This document shows, piece by piece, positions 63,375-64,000 of a stretch of 64,000 nt of DNA (the first letter of the stretch is position 1; the number at the start of each line of letters is the position of its first letter). A program made the position numbers and the translations under genes. This DNA is from Octopus vulgaris (taxonomy: Eukaryota). The DNA lies in NCBI GenBank assembly GCA_951406725.2, contig OX597824.1:40796001-40860000 (forward strand), read 5' to 3'. Under the pieces are notes generated by a model that saw only the letters and a program-made list of their open reading frames with translations, had not been told where the DNA came from and ran no database searches.

Positions 63375-64000
63375 TATATACTAGTCAATAATAGATACTG
63401 CACCTCTCTACATTAATTGCTAAAATGTCTTTTCCTTTCTGGAAAGTTCAACATTCTAAAGCATCTACTTCACCTCTTAAGATCTAAATTAGTGTTGGTT
63501 TCTTTACATTTTCATCAAAGGTCAGTCATCCTATGAAGTTCTGCATTGCCTACTGAATGATATTGTTCATGACTTTTTTTGTAAAGGCAACTTTGGAGAT
63601 TGTTGCATGTCTACCCTTAGCTATGAAAAACTGGTATTAATGCCCTCAATGATAAAAATTGGTATTATTCTATCATACTACCTTTCAACATCTTTCCCCT
63701 TTACTTTTTTGCAATTTAATCTCTCTGTTTGTAGCCATTTAGCTTTACCCACAGGACCTCATATACATGTCCCTTATAGGTATCTTCCACCTACATTGTA
63801 CCCTCATATGCTGTGATATTTGTACTGTACACAAGTCTAGTTACACTCTACAAGTTTTTACAGATATCCACTTGTGTACCAACCTCAATTATCCATACTC
63901 AGTCTACTAGCACACATACACACACACACACACTCTATTCTTGTAGACACTAAAATGTGTACATTTATATTTAACTCTATCAGACCTGGGCCCTTGTGCT

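Noticed and set aside
41089-64000. RALGAPA exon 2
   Set aside because: No phase-1 acceptor I tried (44810, 44902, 56300, 57648, 59995, 63946) gave the expected FF..HIY..F.NF-type peptide. It probably lies beyond the window, though I may have missed it.

Overview
This is AT-rich eukaryotic DNA dense in repeats. The tRNA-derived SINE families, mariner relics and (TA)n/(CA)n microsatellites suggest an octopus/coleoid cephalopod genome (inference). Two + strand protein-coding genes are supported. (1) The last four coding exons of a ZNF839-like gene (13319-13465, 15005-15426, 18747-18995, 21168-22733), with GT-AG boundaries and matching splice phases (1,1,0,0). (2) The promoter and first coding exon (40983-41088) of a RalGAP alpha subunit (RALGAPA1/2-like); I found no exon 2, so its first intron probably runs past the window end. 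The rest is mostly decayed mobile DNA: several SINE families, RTE, R4/Dong, Hero-like, CRE-like, CR1/L2-like and L1-like LINE remnants, Tc1/mariner relics and TTAA-flanked piggyBac-type MITEs. The most interesting signal is a set of short elements carrying minimal type I hammerhead-ribozyme motifs of the Penelope/retrozyme kind (55876 near-intact; 28532 core variant; 9337 and 10686 decayed). Other leads are a fold-back mariner, a candidate stop-containing cassette exon, a uORF cluster at the RALGAPA start, perfect hairpins and several local duplications 1-2 kb apart. All calls were made by eye without database searches, and repeat boundaries are approximate unless TIR/TSD positions are given.
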